Of a stretch of DNA of 58,472 nt, positions 1-14,300 are shown piece by piece; the first letter of the stretch is position 1; each line of letters starts with the position of its first letter. The DNA comes from an uncultured Fidelibacterota bacterium (GTDB lineage Bacteria > Fidelibacterota > Marinisomatia > Marinisomatales > UBA1611). The stretch is from contig CAJWHW010000010.1 of NCBI GenBank assembly GCA_913040915.1, positions 1 through 58,472 of the forward strand, read 5' to 3'. The notes beneath the pieces are model-generated. The model was not told where the DNA came from, ran no database searches, and saw nothing but the letters and a program-made list of their open reading frames with translations. Position numbers and translations under genes: made by a program.

Positions 1-2170
<2,170 letters not shown>

Positions 2171-2247
2171 TTGAACTTCCTTTAATTGTTAATGGTTTGG
2201 TGAGAAAAAAAAATAGAATTGGGCAGAAAATTACTATTATTCATTCA

Positions 2248-3192
2248 CTAATACTGCTTTGTTTTTATACAAAATTCTCTGTAGATCCTTGCTAATTCTT
2301 GTAACATTTCAACGGAAGATTGAAAGTTATATGACATAATGTGTTCTACATTCAACCCTATAGGCACCTTTAAATCATTCGTAGAAATAAAATTAAGAGT
2401 ATCATTTAGCACTTCAATGGCTACATCTAGAGATCTTTCAGTCATTGATCCAGGTCTACCCTGTAGATATCGCTCTGTTTCAGCAGGGATTTCCACGCCT
2501 AACCATTTTAAAAAATCAATATTTTTTTGCGATGAAACTGGGGCAAAACTTAGTAAAATCCTTCTCGGAAATGTTTTTGATTCATCACATTGTTTTTGGT
2601 AAAAATCTATCATTTTTATGACCTTGGCAGAGTCATATAAGACCTGGGTAGTAAAAAACTCTGATCCATGATTTGTTTTTTTGATCAAATTCATCGATTC
2701 TTTAACCCGACTTGGAATAGCAATACCTCCACAGAATATATCACCACCATTTGAATTAAAATCACTTGAAATAGCACTTAGCATTTCCTTTACAGACGGT
2801 CCAGGGTATTTAATCGAACTAGATTCACCGCCAACAATAATCATATTTTCTATCTCAAATTCCTTATTAGTTTGTTCCATCCATTTTAATTGAATGTCAA
2901 GTGGCTCATGAACAACGACCCGATTTACAATCGCTTCAATTCCAACAATATCTTGCATCATTCGGCCAAATTCTCTTGGCTCGCCGCGTTTTTGACTGGA
3001 GACAGGTCTATCTCCTCTACTATTTTCATCATGAACTTCCGGAATATTGATGGCATCTATATGAGTTTGGGATAGCAATGAACTGATAATCTCTGCATAG
3101 GAATTCAACGTGCCGTCCTTTTCCCTTGGTGGTAGGATTTCATATGCAACTACAGGTCTTTTCGGTTTTTTTACTTTATCTCTAATTCTCAT
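2248..3192 (-). CDS. Divergent 5,10-methylenetetrahydrofolate reductase (mycobacterial-type-like MTHFR)
   Basis: YEILPP, GIAIPSR..E, K..HGSEFFTTQVLYD and ILLSF motifs of the MTHFR fold; located between metH and metK. Confidence 0.8.
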   Translation of the reverse strand: MRIRDKVKKPKRPVVAYEILPPREKDGTLNSYAEIISSLLSQTHIDAINIPEVHDENSRGDRPVSSQKRGEPREFGRMMQDIVGIEAIVNRVVVHEPLDIQLKWMEQTNKEFEIENMIIVGGESSSIKYPGPSVKEMLSAISSDFNSNGGDIFCGGIAIPSRVKESMNLIKKTNHGSEFFTTQVLYDSAKVIKMIDFYQKQCDESKTFPRRILLSFAPVSSQKNIDFLKWLGVEIPAETERYLQGRPGSMTERSLDVAIEVLNDTLNFISTNDLKVPIGLNVEHIMSYNFQSSVEMLQELARIYREFCIKTKQY

Positions 3193-3198
3193 ATATTA

Positions 3199-6100
3199 TT
3201 ATTTATTTTTTAATACGCTGAAATAACGTGATTCAGGATGGGAAAATATCCATCCGCAAACAGATGCGGTAGGCCACATAGCTCTCGTTTCTGTGAGAGT
3301 AACACCGATCATATTCTCAACATCCAACAGTTTCCAAATTTTATCTTTTTCTGTATGGTCAGGACAAGCCGGGTATCCCGGTGCCGGTCGAATGCCAATG
3401 TATTTCTCTTTTATTAATTCATCATGGGAAAACTTTTCATCCTTAGCAAAACCCCAGTATTCTTTTCGAATTTTCTCATGTAACCACTCAGCACTTGCTT
3501 CTGCAAAGCGATCTGCTATTAATTTCACCATAATAGAACTATAATCATCGTGATTAGACTCATACTTTTCTACAAGTTTTTTCAATCCATGTCCAGCAGT
3601 TACAGTGAATACTCCTAGGTGATCGCTCCCTTCAGAAGAAATGAAATCTGCTAAACAATAATTAGGCTGTTTACCTTTATTAATAAGCTGACGTGGATAA
3701 TTAAATGTTATATTATCTTCATAGAGAACGATATTTTCATTTTCTGATTTTGCCGGAAAAATGCCGAAGATCATTTTAACTGTTAAAGATTCATAATCTA
3801 TTAATTCCGAGAGTAATCTTTGAGCATCATCAAATAATTTTTGAGCTTCTGAACCTTTTTTAGCATCATTTAGAATTCCAGGATATATACCTTTTAATTC
3901 CCAAGCATGAAAAAAAGGTGTCCAATCAATATAACTAGCTAGTTCCTTAAGAGAAATATTTTTTACAGTTTTTCTACCAATTGAGTTTGGCTGATAAGGT
4001 TTATATTTAAGATTTGGTTTTCTTGAACGTGCTTCTTTTATATTTATTTTTTTAATTGTTTGTTGATTCTGATAGAATTTCTCACGTATTGAATTATAAT
4101 CATCTGTGGTTTTTTGGATAAGTAATTCTTTTTGTTCGGGTTTTAATAATTGGCCCACCACTCCCACGCATCTACTTGCATCTAGAACATGAAAAACAGA
4201 TTTTGGATATTTTTCTTCTATTTTTATAGCTGTATGTTTTTTACTAGTTGTAGCACCTCCTATTAGAAGAGGAGTTGTAAAATTTTTCCTTCTCATTTCA
4301 GATGCAACATGTACCATTTCATCCAAACTTGGAGTAATGAGACCTGATAATCCGATTAAATCCGCATTTAATTCTATGGCGGTTGATAAAATCTTATCTG
4401 CTGGGACCATAACCCCTAAGTCCACAATTTTATAGCCATTACAGCCTAGAACTACTCCAACAATATTTTTACCAATATCGTGTACATCTCCTTTAACAGT
4501 AGCTAAAACAATCGTACCATTTGTTAAATCTTCCAAACCTTTTGATTCTTTTTCCTTTTCGATAAATGGCACCAAATACGCCACAGCTTTTTTCATTACC
4601 CGAGCAGATTTCACCACTTGGGGTAAAAACATTTTTCCGGCTCCAAAAAGATCTCCTACCCTATTCATACCATCCATAAGGGGCCCTTCTATAACCTGAA
4701 TTGGTTTTTCCAACTGATCACGTGCTTCTTCAGTATCAGCTTCAATATATTTATCGATCCCTTCCACCAATGAATGAGACAACCTTTCTTTAACAGGTAA
4801 GGATCGCCAAGCAATATCTTGAATTTTCTGCTTTTTCTTTGCTCGGTAATTTTCAGCCAATTCGACTAACCTATCCGTAGAATCGATACGGCGATCAAAT
4901 AAAACATCTTCAATAGATTCTCTTAAGTCAGAATCGATATCATCATAAACAACCAACTGACCTGCATTGACTATCCCCATATCCATACCATTCTGGATTG
5001 CATGATATAAGAAACAGGAATGCATAGCTTCTCGCACAGGATTATTTCCCCGAAAAGAAAAAGACAGGTTGCTGACACCACCGCTGATGTGGACACCGGG
5101 CATTTTATCTCTAATTGTTTTTGCAGCATCTATAAATGCTTTCCCGTACTGATTATGTTCTTTAATGCCAGTTGCTACTGCAAAAATATTTGGATCAAAT
5201 ATGATATCTTCTGGTTTTAACCCAACCTTTTCAGTTAAAATATTATAAGCTCGTTCACAAATATCCACCTTACGCTTGTAGGTATCGGCCTGACCTTTTT
5301 CATCAAAGGCCATAACAATTACAGAAGCACCATATTTTTTTATTATTTTTGCATGGTGGATAAATTCGTCTTCACCTTCTTTTAATGAGATAGAGTTAAC
5401 TACTCCTTTTCCCTGTATATTTTTTAAACCTGTTTCAATCACAGTCCATTTTGAAGAATCAATCATAATGGGAACTTTGGATATTTCCGGTTCAGATGCA
5501 ATTAAACGTAAAAAATCTTCCATTGCTTGTTCTGAATCAATTAGGCCATCATCCATGTTCACATCAATTATTTGTGCCCCATTTTCTACTTGCTGCCTAG
5601 CAACGGAAAGTGCTTCTTCATATTGATTTTCTTTAATGAGTAGGCGGAATCGTTCCGATCCTGTCACATTGGTACGTTCTCCCACATTGATAAAATTAGA
5701 TTCAGGTCGAATTACTAAAGGCTCCAAGCCGCTTAATTTTGTATAGGGTTCAGTTTTCGGTATTTTTCTTGGTTTTATATCTTGGACAGAGTTTGAAAAG
5801 GCTGCAATATGATCTGGTGTTGTTCCGCAGCATCCACCAATAATATTCACTAAACCTGATTCTGCAAATTCTTGGAGAAAATTTGACATTTGATCTGGGG
5901 TCTCGTCATATTCTCCGAATTCATTGGGTAGTCCAGCGTTTGGATAAACCATTATATTAGTATCCGCAATCTTAGAAAGGGCATCTATATAGGGACGTAT
6001 TTGTTCTGCTCCGAGAGCACAATTCAAGCCTACTGCAAGAAGGTCAGCATGCCGAATTGAATTCCAAAATGCATCAACCGTTTGCCCTGATAAGAGACGT

Positions 6101-6747
6101 CCACTGGCATCAGTAATTGTTCCTGAAACAATGACTGGTATCTCTTCCCCTATTTCTTCGTATAAATTTTGAATTGCAAAAAGTGCTGCTTTACAATTCA
6201 GAGTATCAAATACAGTTTCGATCAATAATAAATGAACACCGCCATCAATTAAACCCTTAGATTGTTCAAAATAAGAATCAACTAACTCATTAAAAGTCAC
6301 ATTTCTAAAACCTGGATTTGAGACATCCGGACTCATAGAAGCTGTTTTATTTGTAGGCCCTAAAGCACCACAGACAAAACGTGGTTTTTCAGGATCCATT
6401 GCAGTGAATTCATCCGCAACTGATCGGGCAATTTTGGCTGCTGCTTTATTCATATTATAGACTAAATCTTCCATTTGATAATCAGCTTGGGAAATACGCG
6501 TTGAATTAAATGTATTGGTTTCAATCAAATCTGCACCTGCAGTTAAATAAGATTCATGTATCTCTTTTACAATATCTGGTTGCGTCAAAGATAGTAAATC
6601 ATTATTCCCCTTTAAATCACACGGATGATTTTGGAATATTTCACCACGGAAATCCTTTTCACTTAGCTCATAAGATTGCACCATAGTTCCCATGGCACCA
6701 TCAAGAGTTAGGATTTTATTTTTTAATATATTTTTTATTTTTTGCAT
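3199..6747 (-). CDS. metH: B12-dependent methionine synthase
   Basis: [37 protein letters not shown] (cobalamin binding) and [12 protein letters not shown]; full-length 1182 aa. Confidence 0.99.
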   Translation of the reverse strand: MQKIKNILKNKILTLDGAMGTMVQSYELSEKDFRGEIFQNHPCDLKGNNDLLSLTQPDIVKEIHESYLTAGADLIETNTFNSTRISQADYQMEDLVYNMNKAAAKIARSVADEFTAMDPEKPRFVCGALGPTNKTASMSPDVSNPGFRNVTFNELVDSYFEQSKGLIDGGVHLLLIETVFDTLNCKAALFAIQNLYEEIGEEIPVIVSGTITDASGRLLSGQTVDAFWNSIRHADLLAVGLNCALGAEQIRPYIDALSKIADTNIMVYPNAGLPNEFGEYDETPDQMSNFLQEFAESGLVNIIGGCCGTTPDHIAAFSNSVQDIKPRKIPKTEPYTKLSGLEPLVIRPESNFINVGERTNVTGSERFRLLIKENQYEEALSVARQQVENGAQIIDVNMDDGLIDSEQAMEDFLRLIASEPEISKVPIMIDSSKWTVIETGLKNIQGKGVVNSISLKEGEDEFIHHAKIIKKYGASVIVMAFDEKGQADTYKRKVDICERAYNILTEKVGLKPEDIIFDPNIFAVATGIKEHNQYGKAFIDAAKTIRDKMPGVHISGGVSNLSFSFRGNNPVREAMHSCFLYHAIQNGMDMGIVNAGQLVVYDDIDSDLRESIEDVLFDRRIDSTDRLVELAENYRAKKKQKIQDIAWRSLPVKERLSHSLVEGIDKYIEADTEEARDQLEKPIQVIEGPLMDGMNRVGDLFGAGKMFLPQVVKSARVMKKAVAYLVPFIEKEKESKGLEDLTNGTIVLATVKGDVHDIGKNIVGVVLGCNGYKIVDLGVMVPADKILSTAIELNADLIGLSGLITPSLDEMVHVASEMRRKNFTTPLLIGGATTSKKHTAIKIEEKYPKSVFHVLDASRCVGVVGQLLKPEQKELLIQKTTDDYNSIREKFYQNQQTIKKINIKEARSRKPNLKYKPYQPNSIGRKTVKNISLKELASYIDWTPFFHAWELKGIYPGILNDAKKGSEAQKLFDDAQRLLSELIDYESLTVKMIFGIFPAKSENENIVLYEDNITFNYPRQLINKGKQPNYCLADFISSEGSDHLGVFTVTAGHGLKKLVEKYESNHDDYSSIMVKLIADRFAEASAEWLHEKIRKEYWGFAKDEKFSHDELIKEKYIGIRPAPGYPACPDHTEKDKIWKLLDVENMIGVTLTETRAMWPTASVCGWIFSHPESRYFSVLKNK

Positions 6748-6772
6748 AAAAAAAACCGGTGCTAAGTCCGGC
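6748..6772 (-). terminator. Intrinsic terminator in the metH leader (riboswitch expression platform)
   Basis: Minus strand GCCGG-ACUUAGCA-CCGGU running into a U8 tract, directly followed by the metH AUG. Confidence 0.75.
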
Positions 6773-6786
6773 TTCTAAATTTAGAA

Positions 6787-6835
6787 CCTTTTTAGCGTTT
6801 ATTTTATGTCGCGGCAATACGGTGCAAATCACGAC
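6787..6835 (-). promoter_or_regulatory. SAM-II riboswitch aptamer
   Basis: Minus strand GUCGUGAUUUGCACCGUAUUGCCGCGACAUAAAAUAAACGCUAAAAAGG. P1 is GUCGUG/CGCGAC; the conserved UGAUUU, CCGUAUUGC, AUAAA and GCUAAAAAGG pseudoknot elements are present; it lies upstream of metH. Confidence 0.92.
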
Positions 6836-6903
6836 TTGATGAAATTATGAAAACTGTCTTAAGTATTCAAATATTTTTAAATAATACTTATAATTTGTTT
6901 TTT

Positions 6904-8532
6904 CTATGTATGATTTTTTAATGAAGGGCCTGCATTTAGGATCACATCATCACCTAAATCATATTTTTTATAATTTGATTGAAATTTCTTTACCAATTCT
7001 TTTGCTGATCTATGGTAATCATCTATATTGGCCCATGTACGAATTGGATTTAATAATTTTGAATTGACATCTCCTAATGTAATTGGAATTTGGATTCCAA
7101 AATATTTATCTATCTCAAAGTCTGATTTTTCAATTTCACCATTAAGAATATTATTGATAATCTCCCTTGTGTCAGGTAGACTGAAACGTTTAGCTCCGGA
7201 TTTCGCATTTGCACCTACCCAACCTGTATTTACTAAATAAACATCCACGGTAAATTGTTCCATTTTTTCTTTTAATAATCTGGCATATCTGAGCGGGTGC
7301 AGTGTCAAAAATGGTCCGCCAAAGCAAGGTGAAAAAGTCGCTGTAGGTTCTGTAATTCCACGTTCTGTCCCTGCCACTTTTGCAGTGTACCCACTAATAA
7401 AGTGATACATGGCCTGATCTGCTGATAACTTTGCCACAGGCGGTAAAACACCATAGGCATCACAGGTTAGAAAAATTATTTTCTGGGGATGTCCCGCCAT
7501 ACTTGGCTGACCTTTTCCATAAACAGAATTATCAATATGGTTTAATGGATAGGAAACTCTCGTATTATCAGTTTTTGAATTATCGTTGAAATCAATCTGC
7601 TTTGTTTCAGGATCATAAACGACATTTTCCAGTAGCGCACCTTCCCTAATTGCATTATAAATATCCGGCTCATCTTCAGGATTTAGATTGATTACTTTTG
7701 CATAACAACCACCTTCGAAATTAAATATACCATCATCTGACCAGCCATGCTCATCATCGCCAATCAAAGGACGACTAGGCTCGGTTGATAAGGTAGTCTT
7801 ACCTGTACCGGATAATCCGAAAAAAATCGCAGGGTTATCCCCATTTTCAAATACATTTGCGGAGCAATGCATTGACAAGACACCTTTTTGGGGAAGCATA
7901 TAGTGTAAAACAGAAAAAATTCCTTTTTTCATTTCACCACCGTATTCTGTCCCTCCGATAATTGCTAATCTTCGACCTAAATGAAATAAAATGAAAGTTT
8001 CAGAATTCATGCCTAATGCTTCATAATCATCATTTGTTACATCCGATGCATTTATAATAGTAAACCCAGGATCAAAGCCGTTTAATTCACCGTTTTTCGG
8101 ACGAATAAACATATTATGGACAAAATGTGCCTGCCAGGCTTTCTTGGCAATAAAACGTACACTAAGAGAATAATTTGGATCCGCACCTGCGTATCCATCG
8201 AAAACATAGCTTTTACTATCATCGGAAGTATTGTAAAAATTAATCACCTTATCATATAATTTATTAAAAATATCTTCAGATATTTTTCTATTGATAGGGC
8301 CCCACCATATTTTGTCTACTGAACTAGGCTCATCTACAATATATTTATCCTGCGGGGATCGACCAGTATAAATTCCTGTATCAACCATCGCTGCACCCCT
8401 TAAACCAACTACACCTTCTCCGTTATTAACAATATCGCTAACCATAGTTTTCACAGATAAATTTCTGTAAACATTCTTTAGATTATTAAAACCTAGTTTA
8501 TCTAGACCAAGATCATTTCCTGATATTTTCAT
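6904..8532 (-). CDS. pckA: Phosphoenolpyruvate carboxykinase (ATP)
   Basis: [55 protein letters not shown]. Confidence 0.98.
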   Translation of the reverse strand: MKISGNDLGLDKLGFNNLKNVYRNLSVKTMVSDIVNNGEGVVGLRGAAMVDTGIYTGRSPQDKYIVDEPSSVDKIWWGPINRKISEDIFNKLYDKVINFYNTSDDSKSYVFDGYAGADPNYSLSVRFIAKKAWQAHFVHNMFIRPKNGELNGFDPGFTIINASDVTNDDYEALGMNSETFILFHLGRRLAIIGGTEYGGEMKKGIFSVLHYMLPQKGVLSMHCSANVFENGDNPAIFFGLSGTGKTTLSTEPSRPLIGDDEHGWSDDGIFNFEGGCYAKVINLNPEDEPDIYNAIREGALLENVVYDPETKQIDFNDNSKTDNTRVSYPLNHIDNSVYGKGQPSMAGHPQKIIFLTCDAYGVLPPVAKLSADQAMYHFISGYTAKVAGTERGITEPTATFSPCFGGPFLTLHPLRYARLLKEKMEQFTVDVYLVNTGWVGANAKSGAKRFSLPDTREIINNILNGEIEKSDFEIDKYFGIQIPITLGDVNSKLLNPIRTWANIDDYHRSAKELVKKFQSNYKKYDLGDDVILNAGPSLKNHT

Positions 8533-8547
8533 CTATTATTGATGCCC

Positions 8548-9489
8548 TTAAGATGCATGTGGGTGGCTTTTTTTATAAATTTCTTTCATTTTTTGCGGAT
8601 TTACTTTTGTATATATCTGTGTTGTAGAAATACTGCTATGACCCATTAGTTCTTGAATGGAACGTATATCTGCATCATTGTCTAATAAATGAGTACCGAA
8701 AGTATGGCGTAAAGTATGGGGGTTAGATCCTTCTTTACCACCTAATAGACGCTTTAAATATATTTTTATTCTTTGTTGGACTGTTCTTACGGAGATTCTT
8801 TTCTCTCCTCTTGCACAAAAAAGGGGACTCTTTAAGGGGGCTGACCAACTTATTTTCCTTTTCTTCAAATAAGAATCCAAAGCTGATCTTGCTGGTTTAC
8901 CAAATGGGACAATCCGCTCTTTATTCCCTTTCCCTAGCACTTTAATAGTGTTTTTATTGGTATTTACTGAATCTATATTGAGACCTACCAATTCACTTAA
9001 TCGAATACCAGTAGCATAAAATAACTCTAAAATAGCCCTATCTCTAAGACCAATCAATCTGGTTTCATCAGGCATTTGCATAAGCGTATCAATTTTACCA
9101 GTCTGAATAAAAGTGGGAATACGTTTTTCAAATTTCGGGGTTTTTATGTGTGATGCGGGATTATACGATATCACTTCAGCCTGAACCAAATACTTAAAAA
9201 ATGATTTAATAGTTGCTATCTCTCTAGCAATAGTTCTTGGTTTAATTGGATCATTTTTTCTACCTGGCCTATTATCCTTCCTTTCATATTCACTACTAAT
9301 AAAATGCCTAATTGCTTGTTTGTCAATCTCAGCAAAATCTGAATACATTTGATATTTATAGTTATGTAAAAAAGTCATAAACTGATCTAGATCACGTTTA
9401 TATGCAGATACTGTATAGGAAGAATATCCACGCTCATATTGAAGATAGTCTAAAAATTTCAAAATGTTATTTGGACCGTTATCCGTCAT
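8548..9489 (-). CDS. xerC: Tyrosine recombinase XerC/XerD family (likely start 9489; ORF extends to 9501)
   Basis: [59 protein letters not shown]; housekeeping context. Confidence 0.85.
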   Translation of the reverse strand: MTDNGPNNILKFLDYLQYERGYSSYTVSAYKRDLDQFMTFLHNYKYQMYSDFAEIDKQAIRHFISSEYERKDNRPGRKNDPIKPRTIAREIATIKSFFKYLVQAEVISYNPASHIKTPKFEKRIPTFIQTGKIDTLMQMPDETRLIGLRDRAILELFYATGIRLSELVGLNIDSVNTNKNTIKVLGKGNKERIVPFGKPARSALDSYLKKRKISWSAPLKSPLFCARGEKRISVRTVQQRIKIYLKRLLGGKEGSNPHTLRHTFGTHLLDNDADIRSIQELMGHSSISTTQIYTKVNPQKMKEIYKKSHPHAS

Positions 9490-10450
9490 AATATAACTCA
9501 ATTGCCATGTTTAAATTTAAAAATTCTTGTGGCAAAGGTGCTTCATAAACAACATGCTTTTTTGACTCAGGGTGTATAAACTCTATTCTAGATGCATGTA
9601 GCGCATGTCGATTAAACTTATTTAATTCTTTTTGATAAAATTTTGTGAATTCTGGAAGAAATCCACGAGTCTTTTTTAAACCACCTCCATATTTTTCATC
9701 TCCGAATATGGGAAATCCTAAATAAGCTGAATGGACTCGAATTTGATGTGTTCGTCCCGTTTTTGGAGAAAAAGAAACTTTTGATAAATGTCTGAAGCGG
9801 GATAAAACCTTAAATTGAGTAATTGCATTTTTACCATTTTTTGATATTGTGTATGATGTAGGATCATTTCCTTTTCTACCAATAGGATTATCTATTTCAC
9901 CTTCATCTTCCATTAGTGTTCCCCAAACTATGGCTGTATAATTTTTAGTAACAGACCGGGTTTGAAACTGATTTGCAATAAAAGCATGTGCTTGATTTGA
10001 TTTAGCGATTAATATTACCCCAGATGTATCACCATCTAAACGATGAACAATACCTGGTCGGAATTGACCATTTATATTGGAGAGCTTCTTAAAATAATAT
10101 AGTAAACCATTAACCAGAGTTCCCGATGAATTTCCTATCCCAGGGTGAACTATCATTTTTGCTGGTTTATTAATTACTGCGATAAATTCATCTTCATAAA
10201 GAATATCCAAATCCATGGATTCCGGCACCAAATTATCCGATTGGATTTTTGGTCCGTCAATTTGTACAAGAATAGAATCATTTATTTCCAAGGAATAACC
10301 TGTTTTTCTCATTTCCCCATTAACTAAGATAGAACCAGATTTAATCCAGGCTTGGATTTTTGAACGGGAATAATCTGGTAAGCGAGATACTAGAAATCTA
10401 TCCAACCTTAATCCAATATCTTGTTCTTGTTGAATCTTGAATGAAATCAA
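9479..10450 (-). CDS. rluD: RluA/RluD family 23S rRNA pseudouridine synthase with S4 domain
   Basis: RLDRFL..SRSKIQ S4 domain, [27 protein letters not shown]. Confidence 0.9.
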   Translation of the reverse strand: MISFKIQQEQDIGLRLDRFLVSRLPDYSRSKIQAWIKSGSILVNGEMRKTGYSLEINDSILVQIDGPKIQSDNLVPESMDLDILYEDEFIAVINKPAKMIVHPGIGNSSGTLVNGLLYYFKKLSNINGQFRPGIVHRLDGDTSGVILIAKSNQAHAFIANQFQTRSVTKNYTAIVWGTLMEDEGEIDNPIGRKGNDPTSYTISKNGKNAITQFKVLSRFRHLSKVSFSPKTGRTHQIRVHSAYLGFPIFGDEKYGGGLKKTRGFLPEFTKFYQKELNKFNRHALHASRIEFIHPESKKHVVYEAPLPQEFLNLNMAIELYYDG

Positions 10451-10923
10451 GTTATAGTTTCTTCAGATGAATTTTCTTTATCTAGGACAATAGAATGATA
10501 AATGAAGAGAGACATTCCAATAGTGACAGAAGAATCAGCAACATTAAAAATATACCAGTGAAAATCACCGATCATAAAATCTAGGAAATCCACAACCTTA
10601 CCATACATGATGCGATCTAATAAATTACCAAGTGCACCACTTAATATTAGTGCTAATCCATATTTGACAAGTGGATGGCCGTTACGTTCTTTCCATAGGA
10701 AACCAATAATAAATCCGGTCAATAGAATAACCATAGACAGTAAAACAAGTTTACCTCCTGGAAATGTCAATCCAAATGCCATACCTTCATTTGTAACGTA
10801 TGTTAAATGAAAAAAGTCCTGAATGACAGGTTTTGATTGGTATAGTTTAAGTGAAGATTTAATCGCCCACTTAGACCAAATATCTAGAGAGACGATGGCT
10901 ATGATTAGCCCAATTAGGCCCAT
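10447..10923 (-). CDS. lspA: Lipoprotein signal peptidase II
   Basis: NEGMAFG, GALGNLLDR, VVDFLD, FNVADS. Confidence 0.97.
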   Translation of the reverse strand: MGLIGLIIAIVSLDIWSKWAIKSSLKLYQSKPVIQDFFHLTYVTNEGMAFGLTFPGGKLVLLSMVILLTGFIIGFLWKERNGHPLVKYGLALILSGALGNLLDRIMYGKVVDFLDFMIGDFHWYIFNVADSSVTIGMSLFIYHSIVLDKENSSEETIT

Positions 10924-10929
10924 AATTTT

Positions 10930-11325
10930 TTAAGATAGATTCAGTTTTTCATTTTCTTTACATTGAACACATTTCGTTGCATTGGGAACTTCCAACATTC
11001 GTTCCTCTGGAATCAAATTTTCACAGATTTTACAAATTCCAAAAGTTCCATCATTTATCCGTTCTAATGCTTTAGTAAGGGATTTATAATAATCCGATTC
11101 ACGATTCATAAAATGGAATCCTTTTTCCCGCTCATAAGAATCCGTTCCTGCATCAGCCATGTGAACACTATAAACAGATTCTTGAGATAGACTGGCTGTA
11201 CCTCGTGTATTTGTGTCTAATGTATCCTTGATATCATCCATTTCATGGGCAACATCTGTTAATTTAGATTCTATACTTTTTCTGAATTTTTCTAGTTTTA
11301 CTTTGGAATATGATTTTATTGGCAT
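10930..11325 (-). CDS. TraR/DksA family C4 zinc-finger protein
   Basis: Coiled coil with HMADAGTD tip; ALERINDGTFGICKIC...IPEERMLEVPNATKCVQC. Confidence 0.93.
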   Translation of the reverse strand: MPIKSYSKVKLEKFRKSIESKLTDVAHEMDDIKDTLDTNTRGTASLSQESVYSVHMADAGTDSYEREKGFHFMNRESDYYKSLTKALERINDGTFGICKICENLIPEERMLEVPNATKCVQCKENEKLNLS

Positions 11326-11337
11326 GCGAATGTCCTT

Positions 11338-14300
11338 TTACATTCTTTTTAAATTTATACTATAGGTTTTATCTGTTATCTCAAAGGATCCTGAATAATC
11401 TGGATTGGAAAGTTTTTCCATAATCGTATTTGTTAATGTTTCATTCTGAAAGTATTCCTCGAATTTACCTAATGCTCTAGCAATTTGACCATCTAAATCC
11501 CAAGAAATTTTTATGCGATCTTCAACTGCAAACCCTGCATCTTTTCTCATTTTCTGAACAGTTCGTACCAAATCTCTTACTAATCCTTCTAAAATCAAAT
11601 CTTCAGTTAATTCCAATGAAATTCCAACTGTAATTCCACTATCACTGGCTGCTACAAAACCCTCTTCAGCTATTGTTTCAATAAAAATATCATCACGGTT
11701 CAATACAAATTCACCATCGTTGAAATTTATTTTATGGTATATTTGAATCTGCTTTACAAGATCACCTGCATCGCTATTATCTAATAATTGTTTAATTTCA
11801 GCCAGACCTTTTCCGTATTTCTGCCCCAAAGATCTTAGGTTTGGTTTTATATTATAGGAAATAAGTTGTCCTGCTTTTGTTAATCGTTCAATTGATTTCA
11901 CATTTAGTTCATCAAGAATTATATCTTTATTTTCTTCAACAAAAGCAGCTATGACATCACTTTCCATAGCATAAGATGCTTTTGCCAATGGCTGTCGAAT
12001 TTTTTGATTGGATTGATTTCTTGCTGACCTACCTAATTCAACTAATTTCTTTAGAGCATCCACATTACGGATTAAATCCAAATCAATAAAAATTTCATCT
12101 GGTATTGGATAATCACAAATATGTACACTTTGTTTAGAATCTTTTTCTGAATTTCTGACTAGATTTTGATAGATTGTTTCGGATACAAAGGGCAAAATTG
12201 GCGAAATTGCTTTTATGATAATTTTTAGCACATGGTAAAGTGTAGCATATGCAGCATTCTTGTCATCATCATCTTCAGACTTCCAAAAACGCCTCCGGTT
12301 TCTCCGTACATACCAGTTAGATAGTTCCTCTAAAAATATTTCGAAAGATTTCATAAAATGGTCAACCCGAAATTCATCTAAAGATACCCGCCCTGTTTTA
12401 ATCAGTAAATGTGTCTTGGCTAATATCCACTTATCTAAAATGGTCAGGCAACATTCCGAAAGCGGATGTTCTTCAGGATTAAAACCATCTACTGAAGCAT
12501 AGGTTGCATAAAAAGAATATACATTCCAAAGTGTGATTAATTTTTTACGAACTTCATCAGCAGCTTTATACCCGAATAATAAATTATGTTCTACATTTTG
12601 TAGGGCATACATCCAGCGCATGACATCCACACCCATTTTTTCAGCAGCATCATCAAACCAGATTGCATTACCCCAACTTTTATGCATATCTCGACCAGTT
12701 TCATCTTTTACCAGAGCATGCCCCAGCAAGGTTTTGAAAGGCGCTTGTCCTTCTAATTCCGCAGCCATAGCTAAAAGAGAATAAAACCAATTTCTAAATT
12801 GCCCAGGGAAACATTCAGTCACAAAATCAGCAGGGAACCACTTTTTCCAATATTGTTTGTCAGTACTATATTTTAAAGTGGAGAATGGAACTATCCCTGC
12901 ATCCAGCCACGGGTTCCCTACATCCTGGATACGCGTCCCTATTAATCCTGTTTCAGGATGTTTAATCTTCACTTTATCTATCCAAGGGCGATGAGGTGAA
13001 TGTTGTTCAAATTCTTGCCAGCCTTCTACTGCTAGCTCTTTTAATTCTTTTTTGGAACCGATAATAAAAAATGAGCCATCTTCAAAAGTCCAAATTGGTA
13101 GAGCAAGACCCCAGAACCGTTTTTTAGAAATCATCCAATCACCCATATTATCCAGCCATTCATGTTCCCGTTCTCGTCCCCAAGCTGGAATCCAGTTAAT
13201 ATCATCAACAATTTTTTTAATTTTTTCTCTCCAATCCATATTAATGTACCACTCATCTACCAAGCGAAAAACTAACTCATCTCCAGACCGCCAGCAATGT
13301 GGATATACATGGGGATAGTCCTCCATATGGACAAGAAACCCTTTTTTCTTTAAATGGTCAATAATTGCTTCAGTAGTTGATTTTTCCGTGGCTATCTTTC
13401 CTGTCAGCCATCCAAACTTATTTATAAACTTTGATTCTGCATCAAGAGGAGCAATATTTACTAAGTCAAGTTTTTTACCAATCTTATGGTCAATATCACC
13501 GCAACCGGGTGCCATATGCACTATTCCCGTTCCTTCACCTGCCACAACAATATCTTTCCCCATACTATTCTTTCCAGGGTCTACAACACGATGAAGCATA
13601 GCAGAGGTTATTCCTTTATCTTCTAGGGCTTCATTAACAAATGGATATCCACCTGGCTCATGTTGAGCTTCTAAATCATCAAATGGCCCTACATATTCCC
13701 ATCCTACTAGTTCTAATCCTTTTATAGTACCGCATTCTTTATAGCCACCACGTTCTTTAAAAATTTGGGCGATGGTTTTTAACTTAGGAACACCTTCGAT
13801 CCACTGTTTCTTTTCTTTAAACTGTTTTTCTAACCGCTTGAATTCTAAGTTATCTTGAGCAAAATAATAGACAGAACCATCTTGTGCTTGTATTTTTACA
13901 TAATCTAGATTTGTATTCACACCTACCACTACATTTGAAGTAAGGGTCCATGGTGTAGTTGTCCAAACCAATAGATATTCATTTTTACGATCCTTGATAG
14001 GGAAACGAACAAAAACAGATTTGTGAGATACAAGTTTACGTCCTTCTATAATTTCCATTTGGGAATAAGATGAACCAGATCTCCCGCTCCAGGGGACTAC
14101 ATCTGTTCCCCGATAAACTTTACCTTCTGTCCATAGTTTTTTTAAAAAGGACCAAATTGTGTAGTTATTTTCATCAGACATAGTGAAATAAGAATTATCC
14201 CAGTCCATCCAATAACCAAGACGTTTAGATTGTTCTGTCTGAATATCCGAATATTTTTTTACTCGGTCTTTACACATATTTACAAATTTTTCAATGCCAA

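Noticed and set aside
8548..9501. Tyrosine recombinase as a prophage or island integrase
   Set aside because: XerC/D-like size and motifs, embedded in a housekeeping run; no att repeats, tRNA or cargo genes nearby
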